Shown here: positions 41,690 through 55,289 of the stretch, piece by piece
Numbering within the stretch: position 1 is the stretch's first letter
Layout of the letters: every line of letters starts with the position of its first letter
DNA from: Sulfurospirillum sp.
Lineage (GTDB): Bacteria > Campylobacterota > Campylobacteria > Campylobacterales > Sulfurospirillaceae
Assembly: GCA_016735235.1 (NCBI GenBank)
Contig: JAERRW010000079.1
Span: 1 to 61,015 of the forward strand
DNA: 61,015 nt
Reading direction: 5' to 3'
Notes under the pieces: generated by a model
Seen by the model: the letters and a program-made list of their open reading frames with translations, nothing else
Told to the model about the DNA's origin: nothing
The model's database searches: none
Program-made: the position numbers and the translations under genes

Positions 41690-42742
41690 TTAAGAAATAA
41701 TGTAAAGAGTTATCTCATCAGCCAGCAAAAAGTTGCTATTATAGAGTATTTCATTTTTACATGTAAGTTTTTTTTCATTAATTAAAATATCTGTTTTGAG
41801 TTTTTGTTTTGTTGTTAATATACTCTTTTTTACGCCAACTTTACTTCTTAATCCTAAAAATATTTTTTCAGTATTTAATTCACTTTTTGATATTTTTTCA
41901 ACTTCTACATGTAGAGGTTTATCTATATATTTTTCAATATTTTTATATGGATAGTATCTCTCATTTTTTAAAAAACCCACCGCACCAGCACCAATTCCTA
42001 TGTAGTTATCACCTCTCCAGTAGCCGAGATTATGTCTGCTTTGATACTCTCCAAAATTTGATATTTCATATTGATTAAATTTTGAAGTAACTTTTTTTAT
42101 AAATTTATTGGCAAGTTTTGATGAGTTATCAATAAACTCTATTTTTTTGAAAAAAGGTGTGTTTTTTTCAAGTGTTAAGGCATAAGAACTTATGTGATTA
42201 ATTGGTAGCGAAAAGGCTATATCTAGATCACTATTTACATCAAAAGAGGTTGCATAAATAAGGTCTATTGAGATATTTTTTATTCCAATACTGTGTGCAT
42301 TTTGTACTGCTTCTATGGCTTGATTTTTTGTGTGATTTCTACCGAGTTTTTTTAATTTAATTTCATCAAAACTTTGCACTCCAATACTAATGCGATTAAT
42401 GCCGAGTTTTTTCATCCCTTTTAACCATTTTAGAGAAGTTGAATTTGGATTTGCCTCTACTGTTATTTCTGCATTTTTTTGCAAATATGGTTCTAATATA
42501 TCAAAAAACTTTTTGTACATGTGCGGTTTAATTGTTGATGGCGTTCCTCCGCCTATGAAAAAAGATTTTATTGAGCCGTATTTAGGGTTAAATCTTTTAA
42601 GTTCATTTTTAAGCTGAAGTGTTATAGCCTCCATGTACTCTTTTTGTTTTGAGAACTTATTAATATATGAATTAAAAGCACAGTAGTAACATTTTGAATT
42701 ACAAAAAGGTATGTGTAAATATAGTAGCAAATTTGCCTCCAT
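41690..42742 (-). CDS. hemW: Radical SAM heme chaperone HemW (HemN-like)
   Basis: YLHIPFCNSKCYYCAF, GGGTPS, YEISNF, HNLGYW. Confidence 0.9.
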   Translation of the reverse strand: MEANLLLYLHIPFCNSKCYYCAFNSYINKFSKQKEYMEAITLQLKNELKRFNPKYGSIKSFFIGGGTPSTIKPHMYKKFFDILEPYLQKNAEITVEANPNSTSLKWLKGMKKLGINRISIGVQSFDEIKLKKLGRNHTKNQAIEAVQNAHSIGIKNISIDLIYATSFDVNSDLDIAFSLPINHISSYALTLEKNTPFFKKIEFIDNSSKLANKFIKKVTSKFNQYEISNFGEYQSRHNLGYWRGDNYIGIGAGAVGFLKNERYYPYKNIEKYIDKPLHVEVEKISKSELNTEKIFLGLRSKVGVKKSILTTKQKLKTDILINEKKLTCKNEILYNSNFLLADEITLYIIS

Positions 42743-42813
42743 TTAATTATTATCATTATTTAATTATTATTTAGATAACATAATAACAATTAAAGATTAA
42801 TGGAGAGATTTAT

Positions 42814-43275
42814 TTGAAACGATATCGCCCAAATGTTGCTGCTGTTATTGTCTCTTCTAAGTACCCGCTTAAGGTGGAACTTTTTATTGCTTTACGCAAT
42901 GATATTGGAGATTCTTGGCAGTTTCCTCAAGGTGGAATTGATGAGGGAGAAACACCTAAAGAGGCACTTTTAAGGGAATTAAAAGAGGAGATTGGCACAA
43001 ATAATATAGATATTTTAGCGGAGTATCCCAAGTGGATTAGTTATGATTTTCCAGAAACAGTTGCTAAAAAAATGTACCCATTTGATGGGCAGATTCAAAA
43101 ATATTTTTTGGTTAAAATAAGAGACAATTTAAATATAAATTTAGCAACACAAAAACCAGAATTTAGTGTTTTTAAATTTATTGAAATAAACGATATTTTT
43201 CAGTATATAGTCTATTTTAAAAGACCTATTTATAGAAAAGTTTTGGAATATTTTAAAAAAGAAGGGTATTTTTAA
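42814..43275 (+). CDS. rppH: RNA pyrophosphohydrolase
   Basis: [17 protein letters not shown]...RELKEEIG. Confidence 0.95.
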   Translation: MKRYRPNVAAVIVSSKYPLKVELFIALRNDIGDSWQFPQGGIDEGETPKEALLRELKEEIGTNNIDILAEYPKWISYDFPETVAKKMYPFDGQIQKYFLVKIRDNLNINLATQKPEFSVFKFIEINDIFQYIVYFKRPIYRKVLEYFKKEGYF

Positions 43276-43276
43276 G

Positions 43277-44479
43277 ATGCTTGTAGTACAAAAGTATGGC
43301 GGAACTAGTGTTGGCACACTAGATAGAATAGACGCAGTAGCAAAAAGAGTAGCAAAAACCAAAGAGGCTGGACATGATGTAATAGTAGTAGTTTCTGCTA
43401 TGAGTGGTGAGACAAATAAACTTATAGATTATGCAAAACACTTTAGCAAATCTCCTAAACAAAGAGAGATGGACATGTTGCTTAGCTCAGGAGAGAGGGT
43501 TACTAGCTCACTTTTAGCTATTGCTCTTAGTGAAATTGGTAGTTTAGCAGTTGCATTAAGTGGCGGACAAGCGGGCATAAAAACAGATAATTCACACACA
43601 AAAGCAAGAATTGAAAGCATAGATAGAACATGCATTGAGAAGATAATCAAAAAGGGCAGTATTGCGGTGATTGCTGGTTTTCAAGGCATAACAGAACTTG
43701 GAGAGGTATCAACTTTAGGGCGCGGTGGAAGTGATCTTAGTGCTGTAGCAATTGCAGGAGCATTAGAGGCAGATTTATGTGAAATATATACTGATGTTGA
43801 TGGCATATATACCACTGATCCTAGAATTGAGCCAAAAGCTAAAAAGCTAGAAAAAATAAGTTATGACGAAATGTTAGAACTTGCAAGCTTAGGTGCGAAT
43901 GTACTTCAAACTCGTTCTGTAGAAATGGCAAAAAAACTAAATGTAAATCTTGTAACAAGAAATAGCTTTAATGACAATGAAGGCACATTGATAACAAAGG
44001 AAGAAAATATTATGGAACAACCATTAGTAAGCGGTGTAGTATTGGACAAAAACCAAGCACGAATAACACTAAGAGGTGTCATAGATAAACCAGGAATTGC
44101 AGCAGAAATTTTTAGGAAACTTAGCAAAACAGATATAAATGTAGATATGATTATTCAAAATGTCGGACAAGATGGCACTACAAATCTTGGTTTTACAGTT
44201 CCTCAAAATGAGTTAGAGATTGCAAGAAATGCAATGAAAAGCTTAAATGCTTCTAAAAGTGTTGAGTATGATAGCGATATAATTAAAGTAAGCATAGTAG
44301 GTGTTGGTATGAAGAGTCATAGCGGTGTAGCTTGTACAGCATTTGATACACTATTTAAAGAGGGCATTAATTTAGAGATGATTAGCACTAGTGAGATAAA
44401 AATATCTATAGTCATTTTAGCTAAATATGGTGAATTAGCAGTTCGTGCACTTCACGCAGCATATAAGCTAGATAAATAA
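43277..44479 (+). CDS. lysC: Aspartate kinase
   Basis: QKYGGTSV, GRGGSD, two ACT domains. Confidence 0.97.
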   Translation: MLVVQKYGGTSVGTLDRIDAVAKRVAKTKEAGHDVIVVVSAMSGETNKLIDYAKHFSKSPKQREMDMLLSSGERVTSSLLAIALSEIGSLAVALSGGQAGIKTDNSHTKARIESIDRTCIEKIIKKGSIAVIAGFQGITELGEVSTLGRGGSDLSAVAIAGALEADLCEIYTDVDGIYTTDPRIEPKAKKLEKISYDEMLELASLGANVLQTRSVEMAKKLNVNLVTRNSFNDNEGTLITKEENIMEQPLVSGVVLDKNQARITLRGVIDKPGIAAEIFRKLSKTDINVDMIIQNVGQDGTTNLGFTVPQNELEIARNAMKSLNASKSVEYDSDIIKVSIVGVGMKSHSGVACTAFDTLFKEGINLEMISTSEIKISIVILAKYGELAVRALHAAYKLDK

Positions 44480-45030
44480 TGAAAGAGTTACTTAAATGGA
44501 CACTAGAAACCATTAGAAAAGATGGCTCTATCATGAGTTGGATGGAAGAGAAGAGGTTTGAGTGGGTTCCACTTGTATCTTCTATGCTTCAAAATCTTTT
44601 ATCTGGACAAACTATAGTGATTATTACAGATTTTGAACAAGAATGGTTTGGTGATTATGCCTTAGCAAAACTAAATGAGGGAGGGACAAATCGTCCGATG
44701 CTCCCTTTTGTATCAATAAAAACATTTTTTCCAAATATTAATCAATTAAAGACAAAAGAGGATATAGAGTTACTAGAAGATATGCTTGCACAATCATTTT
44801 CAAATGGATATACATTTTTTTATATTGGAAAAAGCACAGATATAAAAATGCAATTAGCAAAACGACATAACGATAGTTTTATGTGGGTTTTAGATGAACA
44901 CCTTCAAGATAGTTTTTTCTTATCCAGTAGAGATGATTTGTTAGATATAAAACTTATACAACTTTTTAGACTGCTCAATAAGAGTATAGATGTAGTGCTT
45001 TTTGCTGAGATTAGCTTAGAAGATGAGTAG
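44479..45030 (+). CDS. hobA: HobA DnaA regulator
   Basis: WTLETIR..SWMEEKRFEW; lysC-hobA-holB synteny. Confidence 0.9.
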   Translation: MKELLKWTLETIRKDGSIMSWMEEKRFEWVPLVSSMLQNLLSGQTIVIITDFEQEWFGDYALAKLNEGGTNRPMLPFVSIKTFFPNINQLKTKEDIELLEDMLAQSFSNGYTFFYIGKSTDIKMQLAKRHNDSFMWVLDEHLQDSFFLSSRDDLLDIKLIQLFRLLNKSIDVVLFAEISLEDE

Positions 45031-45643
45031 ACCCGCTAGTCATATATTTGTCTGCCTTGATTTAGTGAAAGCTTATGAACATGTGCAAGCAAAATATTTA
45101 GATTTTAGAATTTGCTCTTTTCTAAAAGAGAAAGATGATTTTCTTTTAGAAGATGCAAAAAATGTTGTAAAAGAAGCTTATATTGCTGAAGTGAAACCGA
45201 AGATTTTGGTTCTAGGGGCAAAAGGCTATAGAGTTGAGGCTCAAAATTCACTTCTTAAAATTTTAGAAGAACCGCCAAGAAATATTATTTTTATTCTTAT
45301 TGCTCCAACAAAAACAGTTTTTTTACCAACTATTCGTTCACGACTAGGACAAAGCGAACTTAAAATTGAAAAAGAGAAGATAAAAACAGAGTTAAATTTA
45401 AAAAATCTTTGTGAAAACGATATATATAATTTTGTACAAAAAAATGCTCGTATAAGCAAATCAGAGTTAAAAGATACTATACAAATTATAGTTTGTGAAG
45501 CAGTATTGAAACACAATATATCATTTACAGAACAAGAATTAACTCACTTTAACACACTTTTAGAACTAGCCCAACTAAACTCTCGCCCACAAAATATGCT
45601 TTTTGCTCTTTTGTTGAGTATTATGAAGAGGAAGAGGGCATAA
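45023..45643 (+). CDS. holB: DNA polymerase III delta' subunit
   Basis: AQNSLLKILEEPP, LPTIRSR. Confidence 0.92.
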   Translation: MSRPASHIFVCLDLVKAYEHVQAKYLDFRICSFLKEKDDFLLEDAKNVVKEAYIAEVKPKILVLGAKGYRVEAQNSLLKILEEPPRNIIFILIAPTKTVFLPTIRSRLGQSELKIEKEKIKTELNLKNLCENDIYNFVQKNARISKSELKDTIQIIVCEAVLKHNISFTEQELTHFNTLLELAQLNSRPQNMLFALLLSIMKRKRA

Positions 45644-45687
45644 CATGCAGTGTTTTTATATTATTATCATGATAAAAGGAAATATTT

Positions 45688-46671
45688 TTGACTAAAATAT
45701 TAAAACAGAACTCTTTTAATTTTAATAATATCAAAAATAAAGATACAAAATATAGAGTTATTGATCTGTTTGCTGGTGTTGGAGGCATTAGATTGGGGTT
45801 TGAGAAAGCTTTTAAAACAGATGCAAGTTTTGTATTTTCATCAGAGATTGATAAATATGCAAAAGTAACATATAGTGCAAATTTTGGAGAGATGCCACAA
45901 GGCGATATCACAAAAATAGAGCCTGATGAGATACCTAAGTTTGATATTTTACTTGGTGGTTTTCCTTGTCAGCCTTTTTCTAATGCAGGGCTAAAAAAAG
46001 GGTTTGACGATACAAGAGGAACACTGTTTTTTGATATAGCAAGAATAGTAAAATATCATAAACCTAAAGTTCTATTTTTGGAAAATGTCAAGGGTTTTAA
46101 AAATCATGACAAAGGCAATACATTTAAAGTGGTAAAAGAGAGTTTAGAGGAGTTGGGATATAGAGTATTTTATAATATTTTAAATGCTAAACATTTTGGA
46201 GTACCTCAAAATAGAGAGAGAATCTATATAGTTGCATTTTTGGATAACGAGATTAACTTTGAGTTTCCTCAAAAATTAAATAATGATGTAAAAGTTGGGG
46301 ACATTTTAGATGATAAAGTTGATGATAAATATACTATTTCAGATAAGCTATGGGCAGGACATCAAAGAAGAAAACTAGAACATAAAGCAAAAGGTAATGG
46401 TTTTGGGTATTCGATGTTTAACCGAGATTCTCAATATACAAGTACTTTGAGTGCTAGATACTACAAAGATGGTTCAGAAGTTTTGATAGAGCAAAAAAAT
46501 AAAAATCCAAGAAAATTATCGCCAAGAGAGGCTGGAAGATTGCAAGGTTTTCCAAATGATTTTAAAATTGTTGTGAGCGATACACAAGCTTATAAGCAGT
46601 TTGGTAATAGTGTGGCAGTTCCTGTTATTGAAGAGTTAGCGAAAAGTATTTTAAAGGAGATTGAAAAATGA
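45688..46671 (+). CDS. C5-cytosine DNA methyltransferase (NlaX/SsoII/DsaV-like, probably CCNGG)
   Basis: DLFAGVGG, GFPCQPFS, ENV, QNRER; TRD KLWAGHQRRK...TLSARYYKDGSE recalls CCNGG MTases. Confidence 0.92.
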   Translation: MTKILKQNSFNFNNIKNKDTKYRVIDLFAGVGGIRLGFEKAFKTDASFVFSSEIDKYAKVTYSANFGEMPQGDITKIEPDEIPKFDILLGGFPCQPFSNAGLKKGFDDTRGTLFFDIARIVKYHKPKVLFLENVKGFKNHDKGNTFKVVKESLEELGYRVFYNILNAKHFGVPQNRERIYIVAFLDNEINFEFPQKLNNDVKVGDILDDKVDDKYTISDKLWAGHQRRKLEHKAKGNGFGYSMFNRDSQYTSTLSARYYKDGSEVLIEQKNKNPRKLSPREAGRLQGFPNDFKIVVSDTQAYKQFGNSVAVPVIEELAKSILKEIEK

Positions 46672-47690
46672 AGATAGAGAAATTGAAAATTGAAAAAACA
46701 AAATTTGATATTAATCTGAAATTTTATTTTTTATTAAAATATCTAGTAAAAACAGATCTATCCGATAAACAATCAAGCGATATATTGAAAATTTGCATAT
46801 TAAATACTAATGTAAACTTTAAAACAACAACTAAAAAGATAGTCGAATATATAGAAAGCAAGATTAAAACAGGTTCAAAAAAACAGAAGCTTATACAAGA
46901 AACAGTTGATGAGATTAATTCGGAGATTGATTTGAAGCTTTTTATTTTTAGTCTTAAACTGCACATGATTAAAGATTTACTTTTGCAAGAAGCAAAATTG
47001 AAATGTTTGTCAGATACTTCAAAGCTTAGATATAAAGATCCTCTCTCTTTAGAGTATGATAAAATCACACTTTATAGTCCTTATTCAACAAGAGTTAATG
47101 GAGCTCTGTTGTCATTGATATTTTTTAATAAGTTAGAGAAAAATGAGACAAATTTTATCACACAAGATTCTGAAGAGTTTATGAAGCATTTGTCAGAATG
47201 TGCTAAAGAGTTAAAGATTGATGGAGTTGAAGCAAATCAAATATTTATGTTGATGTTTAATGAGAGCATAAATCAGTCTATAATAAGTGATAGTGGCTTG
47301 GATTATGAAAATAGAATTTTGACTGTTTTAACATCAATAGGGCTTAATGAGAGCAGGATTGAAAAAACTCACGATAAAGATGATAGTTCAACTGAGTTTG
47401 ATTTTTTCTTTGAATTGAAAAATAGAACTTATGGGATAGGTGCAAAAAGAACTTTAAGAGAGAGATATAAACAGTTTATAAAAACTGCTCAAATGAGTAA
47501 GATTGATGTTATGATTGAGATTACTTTGGGTATTGACTTGACTGAAGAAAAAGTTAAATCTATCAGAAATCATGGTGTTTTTTTGTTTATTTCGGATGAG
47601 ATATATAGATCGTATCAGTATTTGCAAGATATTGATGGAGTCTATAGTTCAAAAGATTTGACACTTAAAGTTCTGGAAAGTTTAAAGTAA
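46668..47690 (+). CDS. Type II restriction endonuclease (EcoRII/SsoII-like catalytic domain)
   Basis: EFDF...AKRTLRERYKQ resembles the K.TLRERW.Q motif; ATGA overlap with the C5 MTase. Confidence 0.7.
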   Translation: MKIEKLKIEKTKFDINLKFYFLLKYLVKTDLSDKQSSDILKICILNTNVNFKTTTKKIVEYIESKIKTGSKKQKLIQETVDEINSEIDLKLFIFSLKLHMIKDLLLQEAKLKCLSDTSKLRYKDPLSLEYDKITLYSPYSTRVNGALLSLIFFNKLEKNETNFITQDSEEFMKHLSECAKELKIDGVEANQIFMLMFNESINQSIISDSGLDYENRILTVLTSIGLNESRIEKTHDKDDSSTEFDFFFELKNRTYGIGAKRTLRERYKQFIKTAQMSKIDVMIEITLGIDLTEEKVKSIRNHGVFLFISDEIYRSYQYLQDIDGVYSSKDLTLKVLESLK

Positions 47691-47694
47691 CAAC

Positions 47695-48708
47695 ATGAAC
47701 TATATCGGCTCAAAGCTAAAACTCTCTTCTTGGATACAAAAAGAAGTTAAAAAAGTAGTTGGTGATGATTTATCTCAAAAAGTATTTTGTGATATGTTTG
47801 CTGGAACTGGAATAGTTGGGAGAACTTTTAAAAAAGAAGTTAAGCAAGTAATTAGTAATGACTTAGAACATTATAGCTATATATTGAATAAAAATTATAT
47901 TGAAAACCATGAAGAGATAGAGGGTAAAGAAAAATATATCGAAGAGCTTAATAATCTACCTTTGCTAGATAATGGTTTTATATATCAAAATTATTGTATG
48001 GGTAGTGGAAGTAAAAGACAATATTTTAGTGATGAAAATGGTAAGAAAATAGATACTATAAGAACCAAGATAAAAGAGTGGAAAGAGAATAATAAAATAA
48101 ATTCTAATTTGTATTATTTTTTATTGGCTTCACTTCTTGAGAGTGCTGATAAAGTTGCAAATACGGCTTCTGTGTATGGTGCATTTTTAAAACATATCAA
48201 AAAATCTGCTTCAAAAGAGTTGGTTTTAAAACCTGCTTATTTCATAGAAAATGATAATTCACATAAAGTTTTTAATATGAATAGTAATGAATTAATAGAA
48301 GAGATAAGTGGCGATATTTTGTATTTAGACCCACCATACAATCAAAGACAATATAGCGCTAACTATCACATGTTGAATACCATAACTAAATATGATAGTT
48401 TTACACCAAAAGGCAAAACAGGATTAAGAGAATATACTCGTTCAGATTATTGCAAAAAAGCAGAAGTACACAGTAGCTTTGAAGAGTTAATCAAAAATGC
48501 AAAATTTAAATATATTTTTTTGAGTTATAATAATGAGGGAATTATGAGTGAAGAAGATGTGAAAAGCATAATGAAAAAATATGGAAAATATAGTTTAGAG
48601 ACAAAAGAGTATCAAAGATTTAAAGCAGATAAAACAAAAAACAGAAATCACAAAGCAAATAGTACTTTTGAATACCTACATATACTGGAGAAAAATGAAA
48701 ATTTATAA
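47695..48708 (+). CDS. N6-adenine DNA methyltransferase, M.HpyI/M.NlaIII-like (predicted CATG)
   Basis: MNYIGSK, FCDMFAGTG, ESADKVANTASVYGAFLK, YLDPPYN.RQY.ANYH, FLSYNNEG; close to my recollection of H. pylori HpyIM. Confidence 0.88.
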   Translation: MNYIGSKLKLSSWIQKEVKKVVGDDLSQKVFCDMFAGTGIVGRTFKKEVKQVISNDLEHYSYILNKNYIENHEEIEGKEKYIEELNNLPLLDNGFIYQNYCMGSGSKRQYFSDENGKKIDTIRTKIKEWKENNKINSNLYYFLLASLLESADKVANTASVYGAFLKHIKKSASKELVLKPAYFIENDNSHKVFNMNSNELIEEISGDILYLDPPYNQRQYSANYHMLNTITKYDSFTPKGKTGLREYTRSDYCKKAEVHSSFEELIKNAKFKYIFLSYNNEGIMSEEDVKSIMKKYGKYSLETKEYQRFKADKTKNRNHKANSTFEYLHILEKNENL

Positions 48709-49840
48709 GCTTGATAGTTCCACATGCAAGGAGGAGCTTTTTACTAAAATAGGTTCTTCAAGTGCTGGAGTAAAAATACTAAAAGATAAAGCAAACCTAA
48801 ATTTAATATACATAAAAGATATTAAAACACCTGGAGCAAACATATTAAAACAAGACGCACTAAGTATTGGAGCAGATTTAGCGGTGAATCACAATACTGT
48901 AACATGTAAAGATAAGTTTAGCGATGCTATTTTAATTGCAAATGACAAACAGATGAAAATTTTAAGTAAAAAAGAGTTTGCTCAACCATTTGGATTAAAA
49001 AATTTTGCAGATGAGTTAAAAGAGTTTTTGCCACAAAAGAGTAAAAAAGTAAAAGTGATGGGCGTTTTAAATGTTAATGAAGATAGCTTTTTTAAAAAGA
49101 GTAGATTTAGTGGAGAAGAAGCATTTTTACATGTAGAAAAAATGATAAAAGAGGGTGCTAGTATTATCGATCTAGGCGGCGTATCGTCGAGACCTGGAAG
49201 TATTGGAGTTAGCGACAAAGAAGAGTTAAGCAGAATAAAACCAATAATAGACATGATACATGATGCAAAATTATATGAAAAAGTAACATTTTCAATAGAT
49301 AGCTACTCTCCTTTATGCATAGAGTATGCTCTAAAACATGGGTTTAGTGTTGTAAATGATATAACGGCTTTAAAATATGATGGAGTTGCAAAGCTTGTAG
49401 CAAAACATGATGCAACAGTTGTTTTAATGCATAAACTTGGCTCAACAAAAAATATGCAAAAAAATCCAGAGTATGAAAATATAATTTTAGAAGTCGATGA
49501 GTTTTTCAAGAATCGTATAGAAAAAGCAAAGAATTTTGGTATAAAAAATATAGTTTTAGATGTAGGAGTTGGTTTTGGCAAGAGTTTAGAACACAATCTT
49601 ACTCTCATAAAACATCATGCACATTTTTTACATTTTGGACATGAACTTCTTATAGGAGCAAGTAGAAAATCTATGATAAATACAATAAGTAAATCAAGTG
49701 TAGACGATAGGCTAAGTGGAACATTAGCACTTCATCTTAAAGCAATTCAAGAGGGCGCAAGTATAGTTAGGGTTCATGATGTAAAAGAGCATATTCAAGC
49801 TTTTAGAGTTTTTGAAGCAATAAGAAAGGTAATAATTTGA
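48695..49840 (+). CDS. folP: Dihydropteroate synthase (epsilon type with N-terminal extension)
   Basis: NILKQDALSIG, MGVLNVNEDSF, SSRPG, GASRKS, RVHDV. Confidence 0.96.
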   Translation: MKIYKLDSSTCKEELFTKIGSSSAGVKILKDKANLNLIYIKDIKTPGANILKQDALSIGADLAVNHNTVTCKDKFSDAILIANDKQMKILSKKEFAQPFGLKNFADELKEFLPQKSKKVKVMGVLNVNEDSFFKKSRFSGEEAFLHVEKMIKEGASIIDLGGVSSRPGSIGVSDKEELSRIKPIIDMIHDAKLYEKVTFSIDSYSPLCIEYALKHGFSVVNDITALKYDGVAKLVAKHDATVVLMHKLGSTKNMQKNPEYENIILEVDEFFKNRIEKAKNFGIKNIVLDVGVGFGKSLEHNLTLIKHHAHFLHFGHELLIGASRKSMINTISKSSVDDRLSGTLALHLKAIQEGASIVRVHDVKEHIQAFRVFEAIRKVII

Positions 49841-50267
49841 ATATAGAGATAATGATACAAGAGTATAGCATACCAGAGTATTTAGCTGGTGTAATATTAA
49901 CAGCACTATTTTTAGGAGCTATTTTTTTACTTCTAGTTCTTGCTAGAGTATTTAAACCTAGATGGAAATTTTATCGTACCGATACATTTCACAACATGAC
50001 ATGGAAGTGGAGATACAAAGGCGATAAAGTTATTGATCTATGGTGTTATTGTCCAACATGTGAGTCTATGCTTATTGTTGATGATGACAATAGTAGAGCC
50101 ACTTCAAACTTAGGAGACAAAGCAACTTTTTTTATATGCCATAAGTGCGGAGATTCTAAGATGGGACGCATTAAAGGCGGCGATAGGCACTATGTACTAA
50201 AAAGTATTACTCGTTCTATATTGGCAAAAATAAGACTTAAAACTTTTGAAGTCTCAAATGGCAAATA

Positions 50268-50268
<1 letters not shown>
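49837..50268 (+). CDS. Hypothetical membrane-anchored Zn-ribbon protein
   Basis: One TM helix; CPTC...CHKC. Confidence 0.6.
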
Positions 50269-53690
<3,422 letters not shown>

Positions 53691-54502
53691 TATTGATACT
53701 ATTGCAATTGGTAGTTTTGACGGTATACATTTAGGACACATGCAACTAATTGATAAATTAGGCAATAGCGGTGCTTTGTTTATTATAGATAGAGATGATC
53801 TAAATTTAATAAGTAGATCAAAGCAAATTGAATTAGCAAAACATACATGTCTATTTTATGACTTTTTAAAAATAAAAAATCTTAGTGGTGAAGAGTTTAT
53901 TGAATTTCTTAAAAAAGAGTTTATAAATTTAAAAAAAATTATTGTGGGGTATGACTTTCTTTTTGGTAAACAACGCTCTTGTAATGCAACTGATTTAATA
54001 AAATTTTATGATGGTGAAGTTGATGTTATTGAGGAGTTTTTTTATGATGGAGTTTCAGTTCATAGCTCTATGATAAGAGATCTACTTACATGTAAAAAAA
54101 TAGAGAGAGTAAATATATTTTTAGGTAGAGAGTACTCTATATATGGGAAAGTCATTAAAGGACAAGGCTTAGGCAAGAGAGAGCTTTATCCTACAATAAA
54201 TATACATGTAAAAAATTACACTCTTCCAAGTGATGGAGTTTATGCATCAAGAACTAAAATAGACTCTAAAATATATGATTCTATCTCATTTATAGGAACA
54301 AGAGTAAGCACAGATAAAAATTTTTCTATTGAAACTCATATTATAAATAGAGATATAGAAGCATGTGATGAGGTAGAGATATTTTTTGTATGCTACTTAA
54401 GAGAAAATAAAAAATTTGATAATTTGATAGATTTAAAAACTCAAATATCTATTGATATAAATAACTCAAAAAGTGCATTAAAAACACAAAATGTTCATAG
54501 TC

Positions 54503-55204
54503 ATGGATAAGGTTTTTTCTAAATTCATAAAAAAACAGTTTGAGTTTGATGATAGCATAGCAACTGTTTTTGATGACATGTTAGAGCGTTCCATTCCTTT
54601 TTATAAAGAGGTTATAGTTTTGATTGGTGATTTGATAAAAATTCATTGCAAAGAAGATGCAAAGATACTAGATCTTGGTTGTTCTACTGCTAATCTTCTT
54701 CTTTATTTATATAAAAAATCCAATAAATTTAATTTAATAGGCATAGATAACTCGGAAGCTATGATAAAAAATGCACATAAAAAAATAGTAGCTTATGGAG
54801 CTAATATAGAACTCATAAATGCCGATATAACAAAAAATTTTTTCAATAGTAATGATGTTATTGTAGCTAATTACATGTTACAGTTTATCCGTCCCTTGGG
54901 TCGAGATAGATTTGTAAAAAAAATTTATGATTCTTTGAAAGATTGTGGAATTTTTATATTTAGTGAAAAAATTATTTTTGAAGATAAAGTTTTAAATAAA
55001 GAGATGATAGACATGTATTATGAGTTTAAAAAGAAACAAGGTTATAGTGAGTTTGAAATATCACAAAAAAGAGAAGCTTTAGAAAATGTGCTTGTTCCCT
55101 ATACCGAAGAAGAGAACAAAAACATGATATTGACCGCTGGATTTAGTAGTGTTGAGTCTATTTTTAAATATGGAAATTTTGTAACTTTTTTAGCTAAAAA
55201 GTAG
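54503..55204 (+). CDS. cmoA: Carboxy-SAM synthase
   Basis: [33 protein letters not shown]. Confidence 0.95.
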   Translation: MDKVFSKFIKKQFEFDDSIATVFDDMLERSIPFYKEVIVLIGDLIKIHCKEDAKILDLGCSTANLLLYLYKKSNKFNLIGIDNSEAMIKNAHKKIVAYGANIELINADITKNFFNSNDVIVANYMLQFIRPLGRDRFVKKIYDSLKDCGIFIFSEKIIFEDKVLNKEMIDMYYEFKKKQGYSEFEISQKREALENVLVPYTEEENKNMILTAGFSSVESIFKYGNFVTFLAKK

Positions 55205-55289
55205 TTAGATTTAGAAGTGAATTTTAATATTTTAATATTTTTTACAGTTAAATAATAATACACTTCAACAATATATTAATTTAAAAAGG

